From assembly GCA_020184695.1 (NCBI GenBank), contig JAANOX010000252.1, positions 1 through 64,000 of the forward strand: DNA of 64,000 bases. The letters are read 5' to 3'. Under the pieces are notes generated by a model, which was given only the letters and a program-made list of their open reading frames with translations, was not told where the DNA came from and did no database searches. The DNA comes from Histomonas meleagridis 2922-C6/04-290x. Its lineage: Eukaryota; Protista; Parabasalia. Each line of letters opens with the position of its first letter. Position 1 is the first letter of the stretch. The translations under genes and the position numbers were made by a program. This document shows positions 32,357-44,300 of this stretch, piece after piece.

Positions 32357-34789
32357 TTAAAAAAGTTTACTCTTAAAAAGTTGCATCGAGCCGCTTTCGA
32401 AAACGTTTGCCAAAAACCGCGGGTCCTTTTCCACTTTTTGAGTGTATTCGTTAGCGGCTTTTTGATCCCTCAAATTCCTTGCGAACTCCATAGCCTTATC
32501 CTGGCCCCATTTCACCGAACAAATTGCAATAAAGTATTGGTAACATGACTTAAACTTTTCGTCACTAAGAGCTACGAAGTCATCCCATCTATCATTAGAT
32601 GCAAATGTTTGAGCTATCATTACATAGAATCTTTCTTTCTTCATTTTCGTTTTATCCACCAACGCTTCGGCCTTTTGGAAGTCTTTTTTCAGTATTAAAT
32701 TCCTTAGGTGACTATTTAATGAAATTTTCAAATCTTCTGGACGTTGTTCATTCAGTTTTAATATGAAATTCTTTTGATAACTTGCGATGTTCTTTTGATT
32801 TTCGATCCATTTTGTATCCTTAAATTGGTATGATATGTCATCTAAATTACCAATGAATTCATTGATCGAGCCCAATGATGGGTTCTTACATAGCTTCTTC
32901 TTTATAAGCCCACAAACAACAGTTTCGACTGATTGTGATGACAATGGGGTCGATACTAAAATTTCAGATATTTTTGTATCGCGACGATTTCCAACCAATT
33001 TCGCAATTGTCGAAAACGAAACGAAGTCTGATGCTATAGCCGAGCCAATTAAGTTGTCATCTTGGTTATTCTTAATCGCTTGATTAATCACATCGATGAA
33101 CAACGAAGAATCAGACGAGAGAACTGCGGCGTTGATTGCGTTCTGCCATTGGCCGGACGAAATCAAGAACGGAACTATACGCGCGTGGTTCTTTTCGAGT
33201 TTGCTAATTCTCAATGACAATTCTTTGCGCCCTTCAAGCCGTAAGCCAATGGCTATGGACGTAAAATCGAATGACGCGTCCATTTTCTTTTGGATTATGT
33301 TAAACGCTTCGTCATCATCAAATTTGTTGGCGACCGCACATGCCCATTGTGTAAGGATTGGTTGCTTATCGAGGCCTAAGTAATCAGCAATGTTGACTGC
33401 CAATGTAAATCGATTACGACCACAAATGCGCATTAGTAAATCATTTTGACTTACATGTTGTGTTATGTCTAAGGGTGTTATAAATGTGTTAAGCTCTTCT
33501 TTAAAGGAATTACAAATTCGTAATGTTTTGGATATGTTTGGGAATTTTGAAGTATCGATTTCATGTAAAAATGATCGACCGAATATAGCAGATAACATTA
33601 ACATTGTTTGATGTTGAACTTCGTCTACTTCTAATGCTGCATTAATGCATTCTTCGACTGCGCCTTCAAGTAAATTTTCATCTTTAAGTTTCATCACAAG
33701 AGCGGTCGACCGTTTATCAAACGCATCAATTAACCGCGACGATGGAGTGTCAACCGTCGGAACCGCCGTGTCATGGAGCTGTGAACTAACAATGTTCAGT
33801 TTGAACAAGGATTCGTTAGATAGAACCAACATATATTCCTCGGATGGAAGTAAAACTGGAGTGCCAGTATAATTTCCTTTCTCTAGCTCAATAAAATCAC
33901 CAGTGGCTGTAACCATTCCAACACGATTATCATATGAAATAACAGGAACATGTTTGCCGAGCCAAGCAATTTGATTAAATTCTCCAATAACTACACATGT
34001 TCGAAGAATAACATTCTCAAATGAAGATGGAGCAATAATTAATGTGCCTTCTTCAGTAAGAATGGAGACAAGCGAATAGTCGGAACTAAAAGCAAATGAT
34101 TTAACCTTTTCATTAACTTCAATTGGAGAACATACTGTAGATGTGATTGCAAGAATGTATGTTGATTCAAAAAAATTTAAAAGAACAATTGGTAAACCAT
34201 CACTTGTGTACTCTGCTGGAATGACTTTAAAGACATTAACCCCATCTTCTTCTGTAAAGGAATTTAATAATGTTGGATTATCATAAAATGGTGCATAATA
34301 TAATTCTTTTTGGTCTGTGAGAAAAACAAGCCCGTTCTCCCAGATGTCGGCTTTTAGAATTATACTTGATGTTAATGGGTATTGATTTATTAATCTTCCG
34401 CCGAAAAATTTCAAGAGCACTCCGCGATTTGTTAATACTATAAGATGATCGCTTTGTGACATATAAAAGAAGATATCATCGCATTTGGAAGCAATTATAT
34501 ACGTATATATTTCATTCATTTTATAGTCATGGACTGTTACTCGTTTTCTGTTGGATTCCCTTACAAAGTCTGGTCTGTGGTATGCAATTAAATTCCCATT
34601 TACTCCTCCTGATATTATTTCGAAGGATGGTGTTAATTCGTTGTAGTTTTGTCGTTCCCATACATTTTTCCATGAATATTCTAATTCTGATGTTGAATCC
34701 CAACTTTCACGTATTTTAGAAAATGATTCAAGTGTTGGTGGGTTTTCCCCTATGAGCTCCTGCATTTTAATAAAACCGAAAAGTGTCAT
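32357..34789 (-). CDS. VPS16: Vacuolar protein sorting 16 (HOPS/CORVET subunit)
   Basis: 810 aa with an N-terminal propeller and a C-terminal solenoid. Motifs LRICNSF, LLMRICGRNRFTLAVNIADYL, QWACAV and NAAVLSSDSSL. Confidence 0.8.
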   Translation of the reverse strand: MTLFGFIKMQELIGENPPTLESFSKIRESWDSTSELEYSWKNVWERQNYNELTPSFEIISGGVNGNLIAYHRPDFVRESNRKRVTVHDYKMNEIYTYIIASKCDDIFFYMSQSDHLIVLTNRGVLLKFFGGRLINQYPLTSSIILKADIWENGLVFLTDQKELYYAPFYDNPTLLNSFTEEDGVNVFKVIPAEYTSDGLPIVLLNFFESTYILAITSTVCSPIEVNEKVKSFAFSSDYSLVSILTEEGTLIIAPSSFENVILRTCVVIGEFNQIAWLGKHVPVISYDNRVGMVTATGDFIELEKGNYTGTPVLLPSEEYMLVLSNESLFKLNIVSSQLHDTAVPTVDTPSSRLIDAFDKRSTALVMKLKDENLLEGAVEECINAALEVDEVQHQTMLMLSAIFGRSFLHEIDTSKFPNISKTLRICNSFKEELNTFITPLDITQHVSQNDLLMRICGRNRFTLAVNIADYLGLDKQPILTQWACAVANKFDDDEAFNIIQKKMDASFDFTSIAIGLRLEGRKELSLRISKLEKNHARIVPFLISSGQWQNAINAAVLSSDSSLFIDVINQAIKNNQDDNLIGSAIASDFVSFSTIAKLVGNRRDTKISEILVSTPLSSQSVETVVCGLIKKKLCKNPSLGSINEFIGNLDDISYQFKDTKWIENQKNIASYQKNFILKLNEQRPEDLKISLNSHLRNLILKKDFQKAEALVDKTKMKKERFYVMIAQTFASNDRWDDFVALSDEKFKSCYQYFIAICSVKWGQDKAMEFARNLRDQKAANEYTQKVEKDPRFLANVFESGSMQLFKSKLF

Positions 34790-34870
34790 TCATATGTCAT
34801 TCAAATTTTAGAAATGTAAAATGATATCATTTTCTTATTAAGTAAATTGATATTGCATGTGTAAGCAAAA

Positions 34871-34974
34871 GGCTAACGTTAGTGAGCTCAGGCGTTCGTG
34901 CTCAGCCCTTCAGTACGTAGCCAGTAATTCTTAGAAGCACTTTATGAAGGTTATTTAGGTATCGCGATACCTAA
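34871..34974. other. GC-enriched intergenic stem-loop plus a perfect 20-bp palindrome
   Basis: GGCTAACGT...ACGTAGCC hairpin at 34871-34922; TTAGGTATCGCGATACCTAA at 34955-34974. Confidence 0.5.
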
Positions 34975-35241
34975 GTTTCACAAAAATAATTTATTTTCTC
35001 ATGGGTGTCTCTTTAATCTTATAGGTTACAATAAAATTTATCTAATATTAGATCATATCTAAATCATTTTTAAAACTAAAACCTGTTCTTTTTGTGTTTT
35101 GTAAAACCAAAAAAGATGAATTCCTCCAAATATACCATCACCAGTACATACATTAATGCATGGCTTATTGAAACACCCATAATCTTTATCTATTTTAATT
35201 TTTTAATAAATTCATAGTCATTAATATTTTAATTAAAAAAA

Positions 35242-35580
35242 CTACTTTTTCTTCAATACAAGCCTTAGCTTCACATTATACCTTGTTGTGTCGATATTTG
35301 AAAAACGCAAATAACGTTGGATTTCGCGATCTGTTAAATCCAAGTTGATAATTTTTGCATGTTCATTAGGTTTTCTGCCACGGTCTCTGCGGTTACGTCT
35401 TTTATAGTGATCATCTTTTTCACCTTTTTGTTGTCTTATCCTTTTTTCTTCTTCTCTTGTCTCTCTAATTATTTCATCTAAATCCTGATCAAGTCGTGAC
35501 ACTGCTCTTTCCTTTTTTTCCTCTGGTGTTAGTTCCTTTGGTGGCTGTTCTGGAGTAAAAGTATAACCCTCGAAAGACAT
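35242..35580 (-). CDS. Small charged hypothetical protein (112 aa)
   Basis: ATG at 35580 (MSFEGYTF...), with a coiled-coil and Arg-rich composition. Confidence 0.6.
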   Translation of the reverse strand: MSFEGYTFTPEQPPKELTPEEKKERAVSRLDQDLDEIIRETREEEKRIRQQKGEKDDHYKRRNRRDRGRKPNEHAKIINLDLTDREIQRYLRFSNIDTTRYNVKLRLVLKKK

Positions 35581-35903
35581 ATTATTTCTTTTGGAAATTA
35601 ACGATCCAAATGGTTTCGCCGCCAAAAATGAATATTTTACATTTTACATTTATCCGACGTTTTTTTAACGTTCGCAAGATTTTGTAAAATTTCTGACATT
35701 AATAAATTTGCTGCTTGGTTCCAATTTATGTTATTTTAATAATTGCTGATATCATTACACCATCATAAGTAAAAAATCTTACAGCATTCTCTATTCATCG
35801 TCTATGTGATCGATCACCATGAACGAATTACTAAACTCTATTTTATAAAAATTTATTGCGTTAATTGTGATTTCGCGATTTTTATGTTTTATCTATTAAA
35901 CAC

Positions 35904-37304
35904 TTAATTTTCAAGCGCCGCGGCAATAATTGAATGTAAGTACTGTAGCTTGGACAACATTTCTGGTATTATTGTGTTAGCGAACACAATATCGCAACTT
36001 GCCTTACATTCGGGGCACACCAACACATCTGTTGCGTGTTTCCCGTGTTTCCTACACACCGAATGACCGCAAGGAACAAAAGTCATTGGTTGCCTCACAC
36101 ATTTTAAGCATTCGAAACAAGTATACGACGATTCCGATGCTTTCACAGCGGAATCGATTGTTATCAACGCAGTTCTTAACGCAGCCAATCTTTTATCGAT
36201 GTTTTTTCTTCTTGTTTGCTCATCCACGCATTCCAATTCCTTTATTTCTAATGTTAACTTTGCCGCTTGTTCACGTGACTCTTCTTCTAACTTTGTCAAG
36301 TTTTCGATTTCTTTTTCAAGTTCCGAATTTTCTTCCTTCAGCGAGTTGACGATGTTTAGATGCGACTGCGGAATCAGCGCAAACTCATCAATCTTGTTTC
36401 GCGTGTCTTCAATCTCGGAGTTCGTCTTGTCGAGTTCGTCACGCGCTTCTTCGAAACGTTTCCGAAGAAGTTTATGTTTTCCAATATGGCGCTCAAGTTG
36501 ACTTTGAAGAAGCTTCGACTTTAATTCGCCTTTTTGAAGAGTTTCGCGAATATCGTTTAGATGCTGGATCGTAAGTCGTGCTTGCTCACGCCAATGTTGA
36601 AGTTGGCCATCGAAAACAAACTTTTCGGAGTCATAACGTTGAACAGCTGCGTTATATTGTTGCTCAACATTAGATGCAGTCCGACGTAAATCATTAAGAT
36701 GTTGGCCGCGAAGATGTTGTTCTTTTTTGAAGCTCTCATTTATGGAAGTAAACTTTTTACTTAAGTCAGATGAGGATGTTTCAAGATTTTGAATCATTTC
36801 TTCGCGAAGAACAAGATTCCGTTTGAGATGCTTGCGAAGAGTTCCTTTGAACTTGGTGGTGTCGTTGAGTTTGTATATGGATTGATGCTGCTCTTGAAGG
36901 GCTTCTTTTAATGAATCATTTTGATTGATGATTTTGCGTAGTTCCATTTCTTCGTCTTGATCTTTATGAGTGAGTTTGTCAAATTCCTTGTTGAGATTGG
37001 AATATTTGGATTTGAGCTCATCGAGAGGAGCAACTCGAGAGCGAATTTCTGATAAAATTGCAGTGGCTTGGGTAAGTTCTGTAGTAAGTTGTTGTTCATA
37101 AGTTGAATCGCCATTGCATAGAGACTGAACATTTTTAATGTTTCTAGTTACAGCTTGGATATTTTTGTCGAGTTGCTGTGAAATTTCTTGATTTTCTAAA
37201 TAATGTTGCTTCAATGTTTGCACCATATGCTGTTCATCTTGTGCTAATATATTAGATTCAAGAATTTTATTTAAAACAATTACATCCTTCTTTTTTTTGT
37301 CCAT
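35904..37304 (-). CDS. Long coiled-coil protein with a C-terminal RING-type zinc finger
   Basis: Heptad-rich body followed by CFECLKCVRQPMTFVPCGHSVCRKH...CPEC. Confidence 0.85.
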   Translation of the reverse strand: MDKKKKDVIVLNKILESNILAQDEQHMVQTLKQHYLENQEISQQLDKNIQAVTRNIKNVQSLCNGDSTYEQQLTTELTQATAILSEIRSRVAPLDELKSKYSNLNKEFDKLTHKDQDEEMELRKIINQNDSLKEALQEQHQSIYKLNDTTKFKGTLRKHLKRNLVLREEMIQNLETSSSDLSKKFTSINESFKKEQHLRGQHLNDLRRTASNVEQQYNAAVQRYDSEKFVFDGQLQHWREQARLTIQHLNDIRETLQKGELKSKLLQSQLERHIGKHKLLRKRFEEARDELDKTNSEIEDTRNKIDEFALIPQSHLNIVNSLKEENSELEKEIENLTKLEEESREQAAKLTLEIKELECVDEQTRRKNIDKRLAALRTALITIDSAVKASESSYTCFECLKCVRQPMTFVPCGHSVCRKHGKHATDVLVCPECKASCDIVFANTIIPEMLSKLQYLHSIIAAALEN

Positions 37305-37714
37305 CCCCAAAAATTTGAATAACTTTGTTTGACATCCGTGGTACTTGACACTTTTATATTTCAGTAATCATCATGTAAACTCTAAGGGCCATCCTGGATG
37401 TTTTATAAAATGATATATTGTTTAACTTTCAATATAACTTCTGAATAAAGATAAAGTAACACCAATAAATTAATTTATACACAAATGGGAAATTTTCATG
37501 AAAAATGTTCCAACATTTCATGAGAACAATTCGTATCATTTGAAAATTATACACATATATATAGTAAAAAGTTTCCAACATTTTGTGTAATGATTAATTA
37601 CTTCAGCTAAATTTGGAAGAAAACAAAATTATTAAAAGTTATAGAAATTAAATTAAAATGAAAGTTTAGTGTTTGAATCATTTTGTCTGAGAACTCAACT
37701 CTTCCATTATCTCA

Positions 37715-38231
37715 TCAAAGCTTTTTTGTTTCTGAAGTAAATATCCATGGGAAGTAGGTGAATTCATCCCATATGCATTGACGGTATTTTTCGCCTCCGA
37801 ATTCAAAACATTTTTTTTGAAGGATTAATTCTATATATCCCAAAAGATTTATCCTCCACAAATTCTTCTTTGATATCAACTCCAGTTGGGACTACCCATG
37901 GGTTATCAGTTGAGACGGTGCTTGAGTCAGCACCTCCTTTTATTGTTTCTATTTTAGGGATTGATTCGTGCACCAAAAGATTTTTTGTTTTGAATAAAGA
38001 TTGTTTTTCATTATTAAAAGTTGGTATTAATCTTGATTCCCTAGTTATGGGCTTCCTTGTTCCTGCAGAAAATAATGGTTTAATGGTATCATCGGAATTA
38101 AAATCAATATTTTTTTTAATTGAATTAATATTTTTTTTATTTCCAAAACGTTGTGGCTTAACATTAATCCATGTACCTTCGGGGTTCCTATGAGTAGATC
38201 CCTTCGTAATCAATATAAGGAGAAAAAGCAT
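37715..38231 (-). CDS. Putative secreted protein with one homopolymer frameshift near 37815
   Basis: Signal-like start MLFLLILITKG. Removing one A from the A8 run extends the ORF with KCFEFGGEKYRQCIWDEFTYFPWIFTSETKKL*. Confidence 0.55.
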
Positions 38232-38877
38232 TTACAAATGTCCTAAATCAAACTCTTTTTTTTTAACAGAAATTTTCTTAAGAAAATTTGAATGATATTA
38301 CCTGCTCGAATTGAATTGTTTAGAAAAACATAATGACGCAGAGTTATTAGGCTCATTATTTTTTTAATGAATAGATTCAATATATAAAAAAAATATCTGA
38401 TACATCTTTTGATTGAAAAGTATATATGGAGTGTTTATCTATATTAACTCGATTTTTCGATATTTTTGATTTACTTAAAATTTGAAATTCAATCGTCATT
38501 TGGTCGATTTTCGAAAATCGAAAAAATTATCGGACATTTGAATTTTTTTTTATGCCTGCAAACTTTAATTTATTGATAAATCCCTTCGATAATTTATTAT
38601 ATGTTAATGTTTGACAAGATATTTCAATTTATTTGTGAGTGTCACTACCTACAATTTTAATAATTCTTTCACCACAATTTTTCCTAACTAATAAATGGAA
38701 TTGATAGTTATTCTCAAAGGTTCTCTCGAGTTATTCAAATGTTTGCAATGGGAGGTTGATTAATATTATAACATTACTTAAATGAAATGAAATAACAAGA
38801 CTTCTCAACATTTAAGAAAAAAACGATTCGATTAGGCTCCTTTTTATTGAACCTTTTGACCCACTCTGATGTCAGAG

Positions 38878-39430
38878 TTAGAATTCAATATCAAGATGGA
38901 ATTTGAACTTGTTTCCTTCTGGGGAAACAAGTGTGATGTCTTCAGCATAACCATCATCATTTGTAACATCAGTGATAGTGTAGTCTCCAAATGAAATCTT
39001 TTGACCATCAAGGGAGAGTTCATTTGCTTGGAATATTTTAGAAATGTAATTGATATGCTCTTTGATTCCTTCCCAGAATTTACCCCATGAGAATTTATGG
39101 GCTAATTCTTTAATATCAGCTTGAATAACAATCTTATTAACACCATTATTAAGTGTAATTTCCTTTGGTCGTCCATCTTCACCAGCAGTAACATCGGTAA
39201 CTTTGTATCCATTTATATAAATAGAACCATCTTCATCATCGGCGAACCAAGAAATAACTTTAAGCGCAGTTGTGATAACAGAGACTGCAGTTTGGATACC
39301 TTTCCAAATACCTTCCCAAACAGATCCATTTTTTTCTTTTTTATGTTCCCTACGTTTGACTGGGATCTCAGATGGCTTAATGATAATATGGCTTCTTTAT
39401 TGCGCGGAGTGCAAGTAAAAGGAGAAACAT
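38878..39430 (-). CDS. Putative secreted 183-aa protein with an internal two-fold repeat (amphipathic Trp/Gly helix plus beta domain); +1 frameshift near the 5' end; missed by the ORF track
   Basis: MFLLLLALRAI, then after deleting one A: RSHIIIKPSEIPVKRR...SVWEGIWKGIQTAVSVITTALKVISWF...YKVTDVT...KEITL...FSWGKFWEGIKEHINYISKIF...YTITDVT...EDITL...HLDIEF*. Confidence 0.7.
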
Positions 39431-41381
39431 AATTTTGTGATATCAAAATAAGGCAGATGACACCAGTCTCACAATTTTGAAACTTCTATGTCAAATGCCA
39501 CATCACAAGGAGAGGTGAGTGGAAGAAAACGATAAGAACGTATAGAATAATTGAAAAAGGGATTAAATACCTTTCAATAGATTCAATATAACCGTTCTAT
39601 TTTTCCAAATTTGAATATACAGAAAATTCTTAACATCATTAGCCAAAAAAAGAAGTTGAATGAAACTTTTTGATATATGATGCGTGATAATTATCGCTAA
39701 CGAAAATTTATTTTGTATAATAACCCCTTTTGATATATTCAATTTTGAATCAAGTAAGGTTACATATTGAAAACATTGGTCAATATTTGGTAATTGAATG
39801 AAGGTATTTTGAAACCTCCTTAAATGCTTGACATTAAAGTATTAAAATTGCATTCCTATAGATTATTAGAGGCCTACAGTTCATTCGATTGTGCAACCTG
39901 AATTAAGAAATTTTCAAGTTAATTGAAAATCCAATCAATATCAATATCTTAAAATTTTGATAAAAGCAAATTATTAAAAGGCAGCAATTGCTCAGTTTAT
40001 GGGACACATGTTAAATTTTGATGAAAAATTCAAAAAATTGGGAAATATATATTTGCGAAATTATTGAGAAATATTTCTTTCTCATATTGGAAATATTTGC
40101 TATCGAGTTCGTTCTGCTTACACACACTTGTTATCATCATAAAAATTTTAGACTTTTTTATAAAATGAAAATACATCTTTGACCAAACTATATGTAAACT
40201 AAACAAAATTAAGAAGCTAAAGCACTATCCAGAATTCATTCATAACTCAGTGTCAGAGTCATTAATTGTGAATTAATTGTGAAACGATTTCAATCACTCA
40301 TATATAAAAATATATTAGATACTAAAAGTATATGATAAAAAGCAATTCTGTTTTGTCTCGAAAAGGAGTATGTCATTTTTTTGAAGGAAGAGTCGTTCAT
40401 AATTTTTTCAATAACAGTTCAATCGAATATATAATATATTATACATTTTATCATGTAAGTAAATGAAATAATTGAAAATTAAATTTCTTTGGTTGATGGA
40501 AAAACGAATAATTCAGAATTGTTAAAGATTTTAATTTTTCTAATTTTTGTTGTGCTTGTTAATTTTTTATTCAAAATTCTTAAAAATCATTAGATCATAT
40601 TAAAATGTAAAAATTCTGAATTTGACAGGTTAAAAAATCAAAATATCTTGAGACACAAACTCGCTATACATCATAGTAATTTGAATTTATAAATGGTCAA
40701 TTTATTTGTTAAATTGAATAAAAAACGATCAAGATATAGACATGTCTGAAAATCATTTTTTCCTTGAGTTTATATTAAGTTGAATATGTTTTGATGAAAA
40801 AATAAAATATAACCCTTCTTAGATTTCGATAATATGCATATTATATGAGGACTAAAAATATATTTATATCATTTGTTTGGTTTATTACTAAAAAGTCATA
40901 TTTTATGTATGAAAATTTATCAAACATATTTTTTTCCCAATCAAATATAATTTTAAAACTCATGTTTCTATTTTGAATTTGGAGTTATATTAATATTGTG
41001 AGGTCTCAAAACACTTTCGCTTGTGCCATTATCAGAATACTATCAACAACGCCAGTGAGTAGTACTTCACACAAGTACAATATTATGATTTCCTTGAGGA
41101 ATTTCCAATAAAGTACCTACATACGATAGAAATAATTCAGGTATCATAACGATTATTTTTAATTTAAAATATTTTTCACAACTGAGACACAAGGAAAACA
41201 CCCATAGATCTTTTTTTTTGCAAAAATCTTTTTTTTAAAGTCTGTTTCAACATTACATTAGTTTTCATCGCTTCGATAAATTTTTTTTATATCCTTGTAA
41301 CTTTGGATGATAATTTGTGTTAAACCTGCAGGTATTGAATTATAATTTAAACAAAGTTATTCAAATATTTATTGACAAAAA

Positions 41382-44300
41382 ATGGACGCAAGCCTTTTCA
41401 TAGCTTTTGGGAGACCTTCTCAACCAACAATTATAAAGGAACTTAAGGATGTTGAAGATAAATCAACAAGTGAACTTGCTGAAGACCTTAAATTAGATAA
41501 AGAAATATTAGCAATTTCTACACCACTTTATCGCGAGGCAATTCCTTTGGGAATAATTCCTTTTGAGAGGTATCCAGAAATTGCAAATCCAGAACGTCCT
41601 GCAAAATTTCTTCGTCCAAAATATTTTATTTCTATTTTACCAGAAAGTGAAAAGAAGTTATTTACCGCTTTTGTTTTAGTGCAAGAAAGCGCAGTTCCAA
41701 ACATTCCACCTTTTGAAGTTAGTTTTGTCCCAAGTGATTTTGAAGGAAAATCATTCCAAGATTTCTTTGACTTTATTAAATCCAAATTTCCATTTGCAAT
41801 GACAGAACCATCATTATTTTTTGGTGAAAATGAAGTTTCTGAATCAATGACTGCAACTGAAATAATTGGTTGTCTTAAATCAAAACAATTAACCTTTAAA
41901 TGCTCACTTGTTGACAAAGAATTAACCAAAATTAGACATCGTGTTAACATTATTAATGAAATTCAAATAACTGAAATCACATATTTAAAGGGTCTTGAAA
42001 CTCTTATGGATTATTGGAAACCAAACATGGAATCCAACAAGCTTTTCACAGAAGATGAATCAATTCAAGTTTTTCATGATTTTCCAATCATTATTAATTG
42101 TCATAAACAATTTCTTAATAACCTTCAACAACGAGGTGTTACATATGGTGCCATGCTTTCCGATGTCTTTTTAGATTTTTCATCCTTCTTTAAAGTTTCC
42201 TTATTATACATATCAAATTATTCAAATATCATCAAAATCATATTAGAGAAATCTAAAAACAAAGCGTTTGAAGAAAAGCTTAAAGAGCTTACACAAAAGA
42301 ACACCAAAGGAGATGGACCAAAAGGTGAACTTACATCCTATTTAATTACACCAGTTCAACGTATGCCTCGGTATATTTTATTTTTACGAGAGCTCCTTAA
42401 AGCTACGCCACCTTCGCACCCAGACTTCGCCATGTTAGCATCGGCCGCATCAAAACTCGAGGAAGTCACCGGCCAAATAGACCAAGCGTCAACCGCCGCT
42501 GAGAACAACGCCAAACTGCTAACGATACAGAACAGTTTACGTGACCACTTTTCTGTTATTCATCCATCACGAATTTTCAAGATGAGTATACCCATTACTT
42601 ATAAGAAGCCTAAGTCAATGAATGGTCTCTTATATTTATTTAATGACTTAATCTTATTTACAAAAGAATCACGTAATAATACACAATCATATGTATATGA
42701 TGATTTACCAAATACATTTCGTTATGTTGTTAAACATGGGACATTAGAATTTACAATATATATGCCAGTTAAGAAGAGCTCGGATAAAATCCAACAATTA
42801 ATATTTGATTTTCCAGATAATACACAAATGAATGATTTCATTAAGAATCTAAATGAATTAAAAGATGAATTTTATACTAAGAAAGGAATTGATGTCTCCA
42901 AAATGTTTCGATTTAATTTATTATTACCAACGAAACCATTACCACAATTACATGGGCATTGTTCAGTTAACATTGATAATAACATATATATATTTGGAGG
43001 GAAATCTAATAATACATTTCCAACAGATTTCATTGTGATAACATTTGATAATGAATCTACACCAAACATTAAAACTATACCCACAAAAATTCCCGGAAGA
43101 ATGAATTTCTCAATGACTTATCATGATAAAACTATATATATCTTTGGTGGAACAACTGAATCGGAATATTTTAATGACATTTGGGAATTTGATATTCTTA
43201 CTAATAAATATCAACAAATGAAATCGACAAATACACCTGAAGCTCGATCAGGACATACATTAACATATTATAATTCCCGATTATATTTAATTGGAGGAAT
43301 TAATAAGAAAAATCGGATATTAGATGAAGTATGTATATATGATATTGATATTGGAATTTGGTCAATCATTAAAGGAGAAAATTCACCATCGAGTTGTATA
43401 TATCATACAGCGAATTTAATTAATGATAAAATTATAATCCATGGAGGTATGAATGGTCGAACTAATTATTGTTTAGATTTTAATATATTTAATACTAATA
43501 ATAATGAATGGGAAAAGCCAAATATTATTGGCGATAGATCTCCTCTTAGAAGTAATCATTGTTCAATTAAATTAAAACAATTCATTATATATATTGGTGG
43601 CTCATTTGGTACTAATGAAATTACAAATCCGGGAATTTTGGATACGACTGTAATGAAATATACAAATTGTTTAAGTGGTATTAATGATCCAATTTGGTTA
43701 AATCATTTCTCTTTAGATATAATTAAGTTACAAGATAAAAAATCTTTGTTAATTTATGGTGGTTCTAATCCTATTACAAAATTACATTCTTCTTCTTGTT
43801 ATTTAGTTGATATACCTGAATATATACTAAAGATTTTAAGTCATACAAATAAAAGAAAAGTTTTACCTATGAAAAATAAAATGCAAATTCCTCAAACTTC
43901 TGAAGCTGCAATTATCGCACCGAAACCAATCTCAAGAAAAGTTATTAGACATCATAAAAGAAATAAAGAAAGTACTTTAAGAACTAGAAATAAAGATAAT
44001 GGTGAAGGAAGCATTCGAAGGAAAGTCGGAAAACAAAAGTTAAAGTTCTCAAGTGTAAACTATAGCAATAAACGAAATGTTGGACAAAATAATGAAGAAA
44101 CTATACTCGCGATGTTTCATGAAAACGAAATGAAATCAAGTAATAATGATAACGATTCAAATGCATCAGACGTAGTAAGTGAAAAGAAAATCGTAAAGAA
44201 ATCGAAGTCTGTGGAATGTGTCTCTGATAAATCTGACGAAGAAAAGAAATCAGAAGAATCAATATCAGATAAAGAAGAGAAATCATCGTCAGAGAAGTCG

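Noticed and set aside
39500-41300. Hidden genes or RNAs in the long AT-rich gap (also 45850-47500)
   Set aside because: No ORF, periodicity or structure that I could support.
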